DNA of 64,000 nucleotides from assembly GCA_030141605.1 (NCBI GenBank), contig JAQGDQ010000160.1, forward strand, positions 124,001 through 188,000, in the 5' to 3' direction. The position numbers were made by a program, and so were the translations under genes. Within the stretch, counting starts at the first letter, position 1, and the number at the start of each line of letters is the position of its first letter. Positions 12,801 to 23,339 of the stretch are shown piece by piece. The DNA comes from Tubiluchus corallicola. Taxonomy: Eukaryota > Animalia > Priapulida. The notes under the pieces are model-generated. The model was not told the origin of the DNA. It made no database searches and saw nothing but the letters and a program-made list of their open reading frames with translations.

Positions 12801-15080
12801 TGCCCTTGGTAAAAATGTGATATTGCAGAACAAATAAATGAAATAATGCTACTTGGGTGTACTATTACATATTTTAATACTGTGGTTACCACGGACATGT
12901 TAATGTAAAAGACTGAAACAATTTACGAATGCTCATGTTACACGACTTCATTTATTATAAAAAAATGTGAAATTAAATATTTCATTGAAAACTAGTAAAA
13001 ACTGGTATAAATATACACACAAAATAAATTTAAAAAAGTTAATCCGAGAAATAAATGTAAAAGAATAAAAAGTTGCGTACAAAAAATAAAGCTAGGCCTA
13101 TCAATACTGACATTGATTTGCTTTAAGTATTTCTACAGCAAACAAAAGTTCAGTTTTAACATTACTAAATGTGTAGAGACTAAATACCTTGAATATTTTT
13201 CACGCAAGACATACAGGTCATTCCAGCAATCTCAAGTGTATGTATCTCTGATTTAGTACTCTGACCGATGACATCACTCACCACAGAAGCTTCAAAGCCC
13301 ATATCATCAATCATGTCAGCAATTTTATCAGGAGATAAAACAGAATCATCATATGAAACTTCAGCAATTTTTTTGTCCAGTGAAACTTTTATACTGTGGA
13401 TACCAGGCACAGATGAAATATTACTTTCGATGCTATTCACACAAGAATGGCAGGTCATGCCTTCTATGCCAATATTTATATTTGCTCGCAAATTTTCGTT
13501 TCTTATGGGCGTACTTTCAGCTACAACTCTAACATCAAAACCCATGTCTTCAATAGCAACTTGAAGTTCCTCTATTGAAGACTGTGCCAAATCAAATTTT
13601 ACTATACAAGTCTTTTCTTGCAGAGAAACACTGACAGAATGAACACCCGGGAGTTTGTGAAGGGATGACTCTATAGAATTCACACATGAATGGCATGTCA
13701 TACCTTCGACATGGTACACTATCTGTAACATAATGAAGAAAAAATAAAGTAATCACAAATGAGTTACAAAGTGCACTTGCCTAGTTATGAATTTAAAATG
13801 GCTGTTATAAAAACATCATTGTAATACTTTTATAAAAACTTCCTGATTGACGATGTGTTTAAAGGTAAATGTCTTTCAATGTCATTTTAAATGACACATG
13901 TTCTCATATAATACAGTCTTACAGTCTTATTTCTCAAGTACATATGGACAAAATAATTTGTACATACTACAGATTCATTCTTATGACTAAATGAGCCAAG
14001 TGAGTGGTGTCATACCAAGATAAAAAATAAAGTCACCTGTTGAACTTTTGTTTTTCGAGATGGAATAGAGGTTTCAAAACCCATATCGTCTATGAAGTCC
14101 TTTATTTTTTCAGCAGTTGTTAACTGAGCATCATATGTGACCAGGGCTTGTTTTAGTGACAATGAAACCTTATTAGAACAAAAACAGTTTGAACAAATAC
14201 CGATTAATAAAAAAAGCACAACCACGAATTCAATTAGCAATGATTATAGTTGGAATATGGAATATGCCACAATAACCAGGAAAATGTTTCAGACAATAAA
14301 TGACAATGTGATATCAATGTCATTAAACATTTGTAAAACAAAATTCTGACTTTTTTACATAACAAATAGACTGTTATGCCCAAAAAAGCCAGGAGACACT
14401 TAGGTAAAAGTATTTATACCTTTAAAAAAGCTAACATAGTAGTAATATTGAAAAAAATAGCAAATTTTTCAAAACATTGGTATTTTGTTACGAAGCTGCT
14501 GAAAATTAGTTTTATCTATACCTAAAGTCAATGTCAATGCAAATGAATAGAGCCGAGTAACTGAAAACACACCTTTATGGAATGAACACCTTCTAACTTG
14601 GATACCATGTCTTCAATACTACGCACACAAGATTGGCAAGTCATACCCTCAACACACAATACCTCTTGTATGAGGTGACAACGCAAGTGCGCTGAAAATC
14701 CCATGGCAGACAGTTTCTCAGCAAAATCACCTGCGGTGATTACATTTTCATTGAAGTAAACAACAGCTTCTTTTTTTGGTAGCAGAACCTGCAGATAAAG
14801 AAAGAACAAATCAATAACATTTAGTAAAATATAACATATTTTTCTTATCACTTTTTAGAATGCCTATATGAAATTCCTCTGAAATGCATCTTTGTTAGAC
14901 AGTCAATTTTTTTATCCGCATTTTAGTCGACATTTTTATGATATGCAGCTGCAGTATACACACCTGTGCTTCCAAAACACCATTTATACTGCCAAGATTA
15001 TCCTGCAAGCATTGGGTGTCAAAATGCTCTGTCACTCCTCTTAGTGACAACACTGCCACGTGACCTTTGTGCTCTTCCAT
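1..15080 (-). CDS. ATP7: Copper-transporting P1B-type ATPase (ATP7A/ATP7B-like), 18 exons in window, 3' end beyond window start
   Basis: Phase-consistent GT-AG exons (5' to 3'): 15080-14964, 14788-14573, 14168-14037, 13722-13188, 12531-12385, 11849-11773, 11540-11423, 10548-10385, 8764-8603, 8347-8102, 7335-7105, 6127-5987, 5360-5244, 4080-3820, 3023-2832, 2043-1861, 1580-1346, 121-<1. Motifs: six GMTCxSC HMA domains, [23 protein letters not shown] (A domain), [14 protein letters not shown] (CPC), DKTGT phosphorylation site, SEHP, IGNREWM. The ATG at 15080 has an in-frame TAG upstream if the acceptor at 15099-15100 is used. Confidence 0.96.
6668..6825. repeat. Compound microsatellite (AAT)n-(GAT)n-(AAT)n in ATP7 intron
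   Basis: Trinucleotide runs visible directly; source of the spurious poly-M/I ORF 6724-6978. Confidence 0.95.
7833..7999. repeat. Two diverged tandem copies of an ~83-bp unit
   Basis: tg(t/c)tcctacatt...tatcttcaggaaa..g.ttgattgaaaaaaa...ttaaagtgcacc occurs twice in succession. Confidence 0.75.
9245..9987 (-). mobile_element. Tc1/mariner (pogo/Tigger-like) MITE, inverted copy of the element at 59076-60064; left end degraded
   Basis: Right end aattgggtcaaaacacttccgtcccaaagtgagtctattaagcggcacctactg|ta is the reverse complement of the start of 59076 (cagtaggcgctgcttagagactcactttgggaccgaagtgttttgacccaatt). The internal segments also match. Confidence 0.8.
10639..11407. mobile_element. Old pogo/Tigger-like MITE in ATP7 intron
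   Basis: Degenerate TIRs ta|tagtggacacctcttaataaattc ... ggatttattaaacggattctactg|ca, and subterminal repeats aag(t/c)ggctggattt at both ends. Confidence 0.6.
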
Positions 15081-16154
15081 ATTGCTGAACTATAGAGCCT
15101 AAAGAGGTACAAAAACACATTTCTACATTTATTGGCTTTTAATCTTCAACAAAAACACAAATATTTCAGGCAAGTATCTGAATCAGATAAGATATTGTTT
15201 ACTTGCATTGTACACAAGTGACCTAGTATTGGCTGACTCATGCCGAAATGTGTATTAGATTCAGATGCCATTTGGATGTCAGCAACTAGAGACTTGACTC
15301 CAACTCGAAATGATGAAGCACTGACTCGACAAGTGACTGAAAGTGCACAGACAATAAGGCAAACACTACCTATAACCAAGCAAATAATTACAACCTTCTT
15401 GCTTAAGAAACCATTTCAATTCCATATTTAAATTTCGTTTCAATTGGTGTTCACTGTCTGTAGCCATGTTAGTACATTATGCCTGAAGTGGAATTCTTAA
15501 TCTCTAGGTTAACCAATTGTGTTTGTGTCTAAATTCAAACTGGAAAAACCTTTACAGCTTGTGTTACTTATCTATCCAAGAACAATCTAAACATTTGATC
15601 ATCTAGCCACCTTATTTTTGTTTATCTGCCACGCAATGACAGTATTACAAGGTGGTTCATCACTTTGCTCAAATAAGACCAGAGTTGTCCAGATTGACTG
15701 CATCATAAAAAACTTCTACAGCTGCTGTAGCTGATTGTTTTAACGTTCAATGCTTGGTCACGAGCAAGGTGCATAAACTGCACATACTGTGAGGCAGTGA
15801 TGGTAGCTCTGTACAGCCAGTAACACAACTGAATGCTATTGTGTTTGTACGTTTTGTTTGCAATGGATATATAGTGACAAAGATCAGACTTTGTCGTGAG
15901 CTCATCAACAGGAACTTGCTAAACCTGCGATTGTGATATGCATAACACAGTCTGGATGCCTGGTAAACACTGCTTTAGACAGAGTTTTGAAAGAGAAACA
16001 AACATTACAAAATAGCGCCGGTAGAGCGCACCACTTGGCCGTAAACACAGAATCTGCAAAATGGCGACGATTGAAGAAAGTTGTGTTACAGTCTTTTTAA
16101 CTGTACAGTAAGTTCACACTTTCTTTTACTTTTGCTAACCGTTGTTAGTTTAAC

Positions 16155-16271
16155 TATGGCCAATTCACGTTGAAAACACAGGTTCTCGTCTGATCACCGA
16201 ACTTAAGCAATGTAGAGCCTGGTTAGTACTTGGATGGGTGACCGAATAGGAATACCAGGTGTTGTAGGCTT
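16155..16271 (+). pseudogene. 5S rRNA-derived sequence (SINE head, not a functional rRNA gene)
   Basis: Matches the invertebrate 5S pattern ...ggttctcgtctgatcaccgaacttaagcaatgtagagcctggttagtacttggatgggtgaccgaataggaataccaggtgttgtaggctt, with several substitutions. Lacks the 5' end bases and an oligo-T terminator. Confidence 0.85.
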
Positions 16272-16692
16272 GCGGAATGCCCACACTGTATCTCGACACT
16301 AGGCGGAGGAGCTGCACAAGCAGCCAATGGCTGGAGGGCGGAGGAGGTCAAGTGACCCATGTGTAGAGGAGTAAACCTTCCAAATCAGGAGTGGAGCCCC
16401 GAAGGCGGACCAGTCCAGTATGCTCACTGACTCCGGCACCTCCTGCAGCCAACCTGGTGCCAAGCGTATCGCTCCGCTTTCCTTTGGACTACACCAGGGA
16501 GGAAGAGAGGGGGTTCCTGTTGTCTGGGCAACTCAGGATCTCCATACACCTTGCCCAGGCGTGTGCCCTGGAGATGTTCAAGGATCGCACTACTAAGCCA
16601 CAGTCAACACTTCAGCTCCATCAATGTGATGAATAGCTGACTCTCTTGGCGCACACTCCATTGTCTTCCGAGATGGAAGGATGCCAACCATA
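16155..16692 (+). mobile_element. 5S rRNA-derived SINE (SINE3-type) with RTE-like body and tail
   Basis: Near-full-length 5S head (16155-16271) followed by a ~420-bp GC-rich body with no TTTT terminator. Flanked by a 12-bp direct repeat TGTTAGTTTAAC (16143-16154 and 16693-16704). The tail encodes (C)SRIALLSHSQHF...stop, resembling the RTE ORF C-terminal SRIGLxSH motif, then ggcgcacactccattgtcttccgagatggaaggatgcc. Confidence 0.85.
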
Positions 16693-17269
16693 TGTTAGTT
16701 TAACACAGTGGTAGATAAAAATAATCGGTTTCTGCAAACCAGAAAATGAAAATATTTCGGTAAAATGCCCCATCTTTGTTCGTTTCATCACGCTGACTGT
16801 GTGGCTGACACCAAACTTTTAAAAAAATTATTTTTAAAGTGTATGTTATGGTAGATTGTTATTTTCTTTACATCAGTGTGCAGATAAAAGATGCATCTTC
16901 CTATTGAAGCACTGGTCTCAGCGATATTTTTGATTTGGGCAAACTGGAACGCTTTCACTGAAAGTATTACAATGTGAGCACGACAAGGTTAACTTCTCGT
17001 CTATGGTAATGCTAAATGGTTTGGGAAACAACATAACAGCAGTTTAATTGTAACAATTTGATGAACGCAATGTATATTCTTACCAGTTGGAAATTACTTA
17101 GTAAATTTAAGGTACGTCTTTAAAACTGAAACTAATGTACACTATACGCATTTTTGCCAAAAAACATAACCAGCCTTTATGTATATTTTGTCACTTTTCC
17201 AGCACAAACTGCAGAACTTCAGACATCTAGCATATAATAAAAATCCTTTTGCTTTACGCCTTCTCAATG

Positions 17270-17810
17270 CAGGGAAGCAGATCGAATAATTTTCCGATCC
17301 GCACAAAAGTTGGTCGCAAAGGTGGAATCGCAGTCCGCATTCCGGACGACCTTACTAATTCAAATCCGCACTACGGCGTCATCCGCAAGTTTCCGATCCT
17401 CATCCTGTTTACATGGTTATTTTTAATAAAGTCCTATAATAATCTTCATTTTTAGCTAACCTTGGTTTAAATGAACAAAATATTTTTAAATCAGTGGAAA
17501 TTGCACCCTGTTGCAGTGTGTCCGCTGCGTGGTTTCATTTTAATTGATTAACTGCAACTATTTTTTCACTTCATTGTTATTCAGCCTGGTAGCTTGTGAT
17601 GAGTGTCAGTCTGTCATTTTCTTCCTACATTGTCATCTGGTGCAAATTAACATTAATGAAAATATCATCAAAATTCCGATCCGCCATTTTATCCTCATTG
17701 GGTCTACGTTTTCCTTATTTTCAGTAGTAGATCTGCATCCGATCAAATTTGCGGTAAAATTAGGGATCTTGGTCTGATACGGTCCGCACTCGTGGTCCGC
17801 GTGTTCACTG
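17270..17810. mobile_element. Probable degenerate DNA-transposon MITE with TCCGCA/TCCGAT subterminal repeats
   Basis: Clusters of tccgca/tccgat motifs at both ends; weak termini cagggaag ... gttcactg; no TSD recovered. Confidence 0.35.
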
Positions 17811-18382
17811 CTTCGCGGCTCACAGCTTGGCTATCTCGTGACATCATACATTCAGGCGCTTTTATTTACACATTTGCTACGACTAATTTTTCTACTGAAG
17901 TCAAAGACGCCTTTGATATGCAATACTTAGTATAAGAATATGCATCGTAGAAATTTTTGCAATACCGCTCCTTAGTCTTGCAAACTAATGATGATAAACT
18001 GCTCTTTAGATTTTAGATTAGATTTAGATTTTTTAGATTTTAATAGATTTATTTCGCATTAAACATATACATATACATCACATTACATTACATGTGCATC
18101 AGGTTTTGTTAATACAAAAATATGATAAAATTCATGTATACTGCGCTAGAGACCTAGGAAGCTAGCTTATGGTAGGCCACTAGAATTACGAAAAAAATTG
18201 CAATATATACAACATTACAACATTACAATATACAACATTACAATATACAACATTACATATACAACATAGATACAACATTACAATATATACAAATATAAAT
18301 ATAAATACGGGTGGGAAGTATTAAAAATTTTATTTTACTATACAGTTTTTGAAAAAGAAAACAACAAATCATGATTGAGTCA

Positions 18383-21300
18383 TCAGTTATATGTTTCGAG
18401 TAAGTTTAATTTATATATTTTTTTAAATATGGAAAGCGAGTTGACATTTTTAATAGCTGGAGCAATTGAATTCCATATGTAAGGGCCATTGTATTTAATA
18501 GAAAATTTTCTAACATTAGTGTTACACTGTATGTAGTGATAGTGCAGCCTATAACGTGTGCCGTAATTATGTATCTCAGCATTCAAACAAAAATAATCAG
18601 TAAATAAGGGAGGCAATAATTTATGAGAGAATTTGTACATGAAAATGGCAGTTTGGAACTTATTAATGTCGTAAATGTTTAGAAAGTTTAGTCTTTTAAA
18701 TATTGGCTGTGTATGGTCCTGATAACCGGCAAATGTTATCGCTCGCACTATTTTCTTCTGAATCAGATGAATTTTTTTCAATCGACTGGAGTATGTGCTT
18801 CCCCAAATAATGTTCGAATTATTTAGATATGGTAAAAAAAGAGAATTATATAATAATACAAGTACTGAGCTAGGCAATTTGTGTCTAACTCTATATATAA
18901 TGCCTATGATTTTTGAGATTTTGCTTTTGATAAATCTAAGATGTTCTTGCCAAGTTAAGTGTTCATCAATGATGATGCCTAAGAACTTAGTATATTTTAC
19001 TTGATTTATTGGAACTTCATCGATTTTTACTATAAAATTACTAGGGATTCTTTTATTTTTATTTGTGAATACAATAAATTTGGTTTTTTTCAATATTCAG
19101 TGATAACTTATTAGCTTTAAACCAGGTGGAGAGATGTACAAGTTCTTGGTTTACAGTATTTATCATTGATTCATAGTTTGAGTGATTATAGAATATGTTA
19201 GTATCATCGGCAAATAAAATGAAGTCTAGCAGAGTGGAGACATTGTGGAGATCATTAATATAGAGAAGAAAAAGCAATGGACCTAAGATTGAGCCTTGGG
19301 GGACACCATAATTGATTTGCTTCAAAGAAGAAAATGTGTTTTCAATTAGTACGGATTGTTTTCTGTTGTGTAAATAACTTGTAAACCACTGTAAAGGTAG
19401 ACCTCTGACACCATAGTTGTTTAATTTATCTAAGAGTATTTGATGGTCAATAGTATCAAAGGCCTTAGATAAATCAATAAAAATACCTATTGTAAATTCA
19501 TTATTGTCAATTGCATTTGATATTAAATCAAGAAGTTCAAGTAGAGCCATGTAAGTGGAGTGGTTTTGTCTAAAGCCTAGTTGTTTGTTATATAATATAT
19601 TGTTTTTTTAATGAAACTTAGTAGTCTATTATACATTAGTCTTTCAAGAATTTTGGAAAAACAGGGAAGAATTGAAATGGGTCTATAATTTTGAAACTGG
19701 GACTTATCACCAGTTTTAAAAATTGGATTAACCTTGGCTATTTTCAGAGAGTCTGGGACTATACCTGTTGAAAATGACTTGTTAAACATATAAAGTAGAG
19801 GTTCAGCAATACAGTTGATGGATTTTTTAAGGATAATTTGTGATATATCATCATACCCTGTACTGTTTTTATTTTTTAAATTATTTGCCACATTTAATAG
19901 CTCCATTTTGTCAATTGGAAGCAACTGCATTGAATTCCTACATGGATTTGGTAAGTATGAAAAATATGATGTATTTGTAGTGGGAATTTTTCCTGCTAGA
20001 GTTGATCCTACATTTACAAAATAGTTATTAAAGCCATCCGATATTTCTTTTGATGTCATTGGGTTATGGTGTGATTTTTTGAATTGTGACTGTTCTATAT
20101 GAGAAGTGTCTTTTTTATTAATAGCTAAATTTATAATTTTCCACGTTTTTCTCATGTTATTCATATTACTTTTAATTGTATTGGCATAATAATCTTTTTC
20201 GGCTTTTCTAAGTATTGAGGTTAGGTTATTTCTATAAGTTTTATAATGGTCAATGTTCAGATCAGTAGGGTTTTTAATTTTAGCTTATATAATTTATTTT
20301 TGTGTTTAATTGAGTGTATCAAGCCGCTTGTTAGCCAAGGTTTATTTAACGTCCGTGGCTTTACTATTTTTGTGACTAGTGGAAAGCTATCATTGTAAAT
20401 ATTGTAGTAATCTTTAAAGAAGGATTGAAATGCCGAGTCAGGATTTTGTATGCAAAAAATTTGGGACCAGTCATGGGATACTAGTTTGGACTTGAAGTCT
20501 GCGATGGTGCTATCATTAAAGATTCTAAATTTTGAAACTATTGGTTTTGAGTGAAGTGCCACTTTTAAACTAGTTACTGAATAAATGGGAAAATGGTCAG
20601 ATATATCACTGTAGAGAATGCCCGAGTTAAGATTGTCATTTGACACACAGTTTGTAAATATATTATCGATTAAAGTTGCTGAGTAAGTAGTAATTCTTGT
20701 TGGTTTAGTGATTAAGGGATACAATGAATGACTAAGTAGGCCAGTGGTTCCCAAACTAGGGGTAAATTACCCCCCGGGGGTAATATGGTTTTTTTGGGGG
20801 GGTAACGGGCACCCCTCTGAAAATTTTTAAAACTTCGCTCGGAATGCATTTTACGTAGTTTTCTTCTTGAAGAGACTGCCTCCGGCAGGCAACACTGTGT
20901 CATGGGGTCCATCATTCGCACGTCCATAAATAATTTTGCTTATTATTGTGGCATATAATAATGTGGCATATACGTGTGTTTACTTTTTGAGTTGGAGAAG
21001 TAGTACTAGGTGGGGGGTAATGGACACGACCGGGTTTCCCGATTTGGGTAACGGTCCGAGAAAGTTTGGGAACCACTGAAGTAGGCAATTGAGAAAAGAT
21101 TCAGTTCCTTCGTGCGAGTCACAGTTAAGCAAGTTTAAGTTGAAATCGCCGCAGATAAAGATGTGCTTGTTTTCATCAATTATTTTAGAGAGAAGGTTAT
21201 CTAAACCATCAAGAAATACTGTGATACTGGTACCCGGAGGTCTGTATAACACTCCAACTAAAATATTTTTTGTAAGTTCTTGGGTAATTTCAACAATCAG

Positions 21301-22041
21301 TGATTCACAGGTTTGTTCATCGAAACAGTCTAAGTCATTACGAGGTTTACTGTTTAAATCGTCCTTTATATACAGGGAAACCCCTCCACCTGTTCTCTGT
21401 TTGCGGGTTTTTGAGTAGTGATTATAATGTTTAATTGAGAATAGATCTTTATTCTGATCATTAAGCCAGGTTTCTGTGAAAGATAGGATCGAAAATTCAC
21501 CATTCAACGTGGATAGTAAATCTGTTATATGACAAAAGTTCTTTGACATGCTTCTACAATTATGATTGAATATCGAAAGTTGAGTATCACTGGCATTCGT
21601 GTTTGTGTTAGATTTTATTTTAGAAGTATTTAGGTTGACATCTGTGGTATAGTCACACTTTAATCTACCAATTCTGTTATAGAAGTTTAGGTCTGGATCT
21701 AAATCAGCATATTGTGAAGACAATAATCTTTCATTATAATCAAATGGATTTAGATGTAATCCATTAAGTTGTAACGTAATAGAATCGGGTAAATCGATCA
21801 GGTCAATAGCGTTTTTGAATTGCATTTCATTTTCTATATTATTGAAGGGCAATATATCTGCAAGACAGTTTGTACAGTACCACGAATCTACACTAGTTAA
21901 AACACTGTCTTGCTCTGCCGTTAGATTAGTACATATCAAGTGTTGCCAAATTCCACAAATGCTACATAACAGACCATTTTGGCCATTTTGTACCTTATTA
22001 AAACATATTGAACAATTATCATTTTGATTATTAGTAATCAT
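18383..22041 (-). pseudogene. LINE ORF2 (PHD finger + APE endonuclease + reverse transcriptase), disrupted by a MITE and three 1-bp indels
   Basis: PHD CSIC...CSIC..WQH..C...WYCTNC; APE motifs SFTETW, GGGVSLY, LYRPPG, GDFN, TLIDNIF, SDH; RT motifs NYRPISIL, DLSKAFDT, GVPQGSILGPLLF, FADDT, KFLG; ORF pieces 20980-22041, 20257-20754, 19577-20164, 19059-19550, 18383-19093. Confidence 0.93.
20742..21078. mobile_element. hAT (Charlie-like) MITE, 337 bp, inserted in the LINE endonuclease domain
   Basis: Perfect 16-bp TIR CAGTGGTTCCCAAACT / AGTTTGGGAACCACTG; perfect 8-bp TSD AAGTAGGC (20734-20741, 21079-21086); excision restores ESFLNCLLSHSLYPLITKPTR. Confidence 0.95.
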
Positions 22042-22046
22042 AGTAG

Positions 22047-23339
22047 TTATTGAACGTTATTACCAGATAATCGTTTCACCTCTGCTTGGTACTTCGGGCA
22101 GGTTTTGCTTCTGGCCTCGTGGTCCCCTTTGCAATTGCAACACTTCTTTTCGTTGGAGTCACAGTCTGATGTATTGTGCTTGCCAGAGCAGATACCGCAC
22201 ATCACAGTTTTGTTACACCATTTTGAGACGTGACCAAAATTTTGGCACTTGAAGCAGCGTAGCGGTTTTGGCTTGGTGACAAACTGTTCCACAGCACAAA
22301 TTAGTTGACCGATGGCTATTCCTTTCCGTTTGGCTTCATTCAACATGTGCGCACTACTGAATTTCACTTTTACGAGAGTCATTGCATTACCACTTTTGAA
22401 CTTGAAACGTTCTATAGCTGCATCGCAATCAAATTGCTGGACGTCATGCAGGACTTCATCCTCCGTCATGCTGGGATCACAATCTCGTAGGAGACCCCAG
22501 AATTGGTTCTTAGGTTTTCTCGCATTTGTATTGTCACCTAGAAAACATGGCTGCCATTTCTGAAGAATGTCGTTTGCTGTTTCGGTATCCGGAAGTTGCA
22601 GTTGGATTTTTCCAGTTGCCGTCCTGAAAGCTACTTCAAAACGAGTTCTAGGAAAATAGTGGCTAAGGTTCTTCTTTATAGACATGCTTGTTTTTGCTAT
22701 GTCTTTATCATTAACGTTCTCAATGAGTATCGTTCTGTCCGGGTCGTATAAATACGACACACTTTGCTGGCTGGTATTTCTCGTGGTTTTCGCTGTAACT
22801 TGACCTAAGTTACGTGATACAGCGTCCCTGTATGAACAATTCTGCGATCTCCCCAGTGCTACAAGTTCTCGATTTATGTTCGTAATTTGGTTTTCCATGT
22901 TCGTAATTTTGTTGATCATGAGTTCCTCTCGTGGAAGATCATCTTCGCTGTTGTTCAACAGACGAATAATTTCGATCAACTTCTTGTTACTTTTTTCATG
23001 GTTAATCATACTGCAGGCTATTGAAGCTAACGACTCCCTAGAATAACCCAGTAAATCATCATTTGCTAAATCAGCTTCGCTGCCCCAACTTCTACGTGAT
23101 ACAGAGTTTTTTCGTAAAACAACATCGCTTTCAGTTTGGGCTTGCGTAGACAGGGGGTGACTGGAGTCTGAATGTTTTGAATAGCATTTGTCACAGGTAA
23201 TTGCTATTACTTTTCTTTGCTTGACTAGCCCATTAGTTTTCCTGCAGAATTGGCAACTATTTCTGGTGTTTAGCGTAGCACTTGACTGACTCGCGTCGTT
23301 GGTATCTGGCATATCGACCCAGCGAAGGTTAGGTGCCAA
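22047..23339 (-). CDS. LINE ORF1: gag-like nucleic-acid-binding protein with coiled coil and three C-terminal CCHC knuckles
   Basis: 430-aa ORF; CFKCQNFGHVSKWC, CGICSGKHNTSDC, CCNCKGDHEARSKTC; N-terminal CxxC...CxxC; true start codon uncertain (ORF track begins at TTG). Confidence 0.85.
   Translation of the reverse strand: MAPNLRWVDMPDTNDASQSSATLNTRNSCQFCRKTNGLVKQRKVIAITCDKCYSKHSDSSHPLSTQAQTESDVVLRKNSVSRRSWGSEADLANDDLLGYSRESLASIACSMINHEKSNKKLIEIIRLLNNSEDDLPREELMINKITNMENQITNINRELVALGRSQNCSYRDAVSRNLGQVTAKTTRNTSQQSVSYLYDPDRTILIENVNDKDIAKTSMSIKKNLSHYFPRTRFEVAFRTATGKIQLQLPDTETANDILQKWQPCFLGDNTNARKPKNQFWGLLRDCDPSMTEDEVLHDVQQFDCDAAIERFKFKSGNAMTLVKVKFSSAHMLNEAKRKGIAIGQLICAVEQFVTKPKPLRCFKCQNFGHVSKWCNKTVMCGICSGKHNTSDCDSNEKKCCNCKGDHEARSKTCPKYQAEVKRLSGNNVQ

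Noticed and set aside
13268-13564. Plus-strand ORFs overlapping ATP7 exons (also 12417-12641) and antisense ORFs over the LINEs, PGK and NIPA exons
   Set aside because: Shadow ORFs opposite real coding sequence, with no recognisable motifs.
16061-16115. ATG GCG...GTAAGT as first exon of an unknown plus-strand gene
   Set aside because: No downstream exons could be linked; AAAATGGCG is also a common promoter/transposon motif.
16155-16271. Functional 5S rRNA gene
   Set aside because: Missing 5' bases, several substitutions, no oligo-T terminator, and it lies inside a TSD-bounded unit; better explained as a SINE head.
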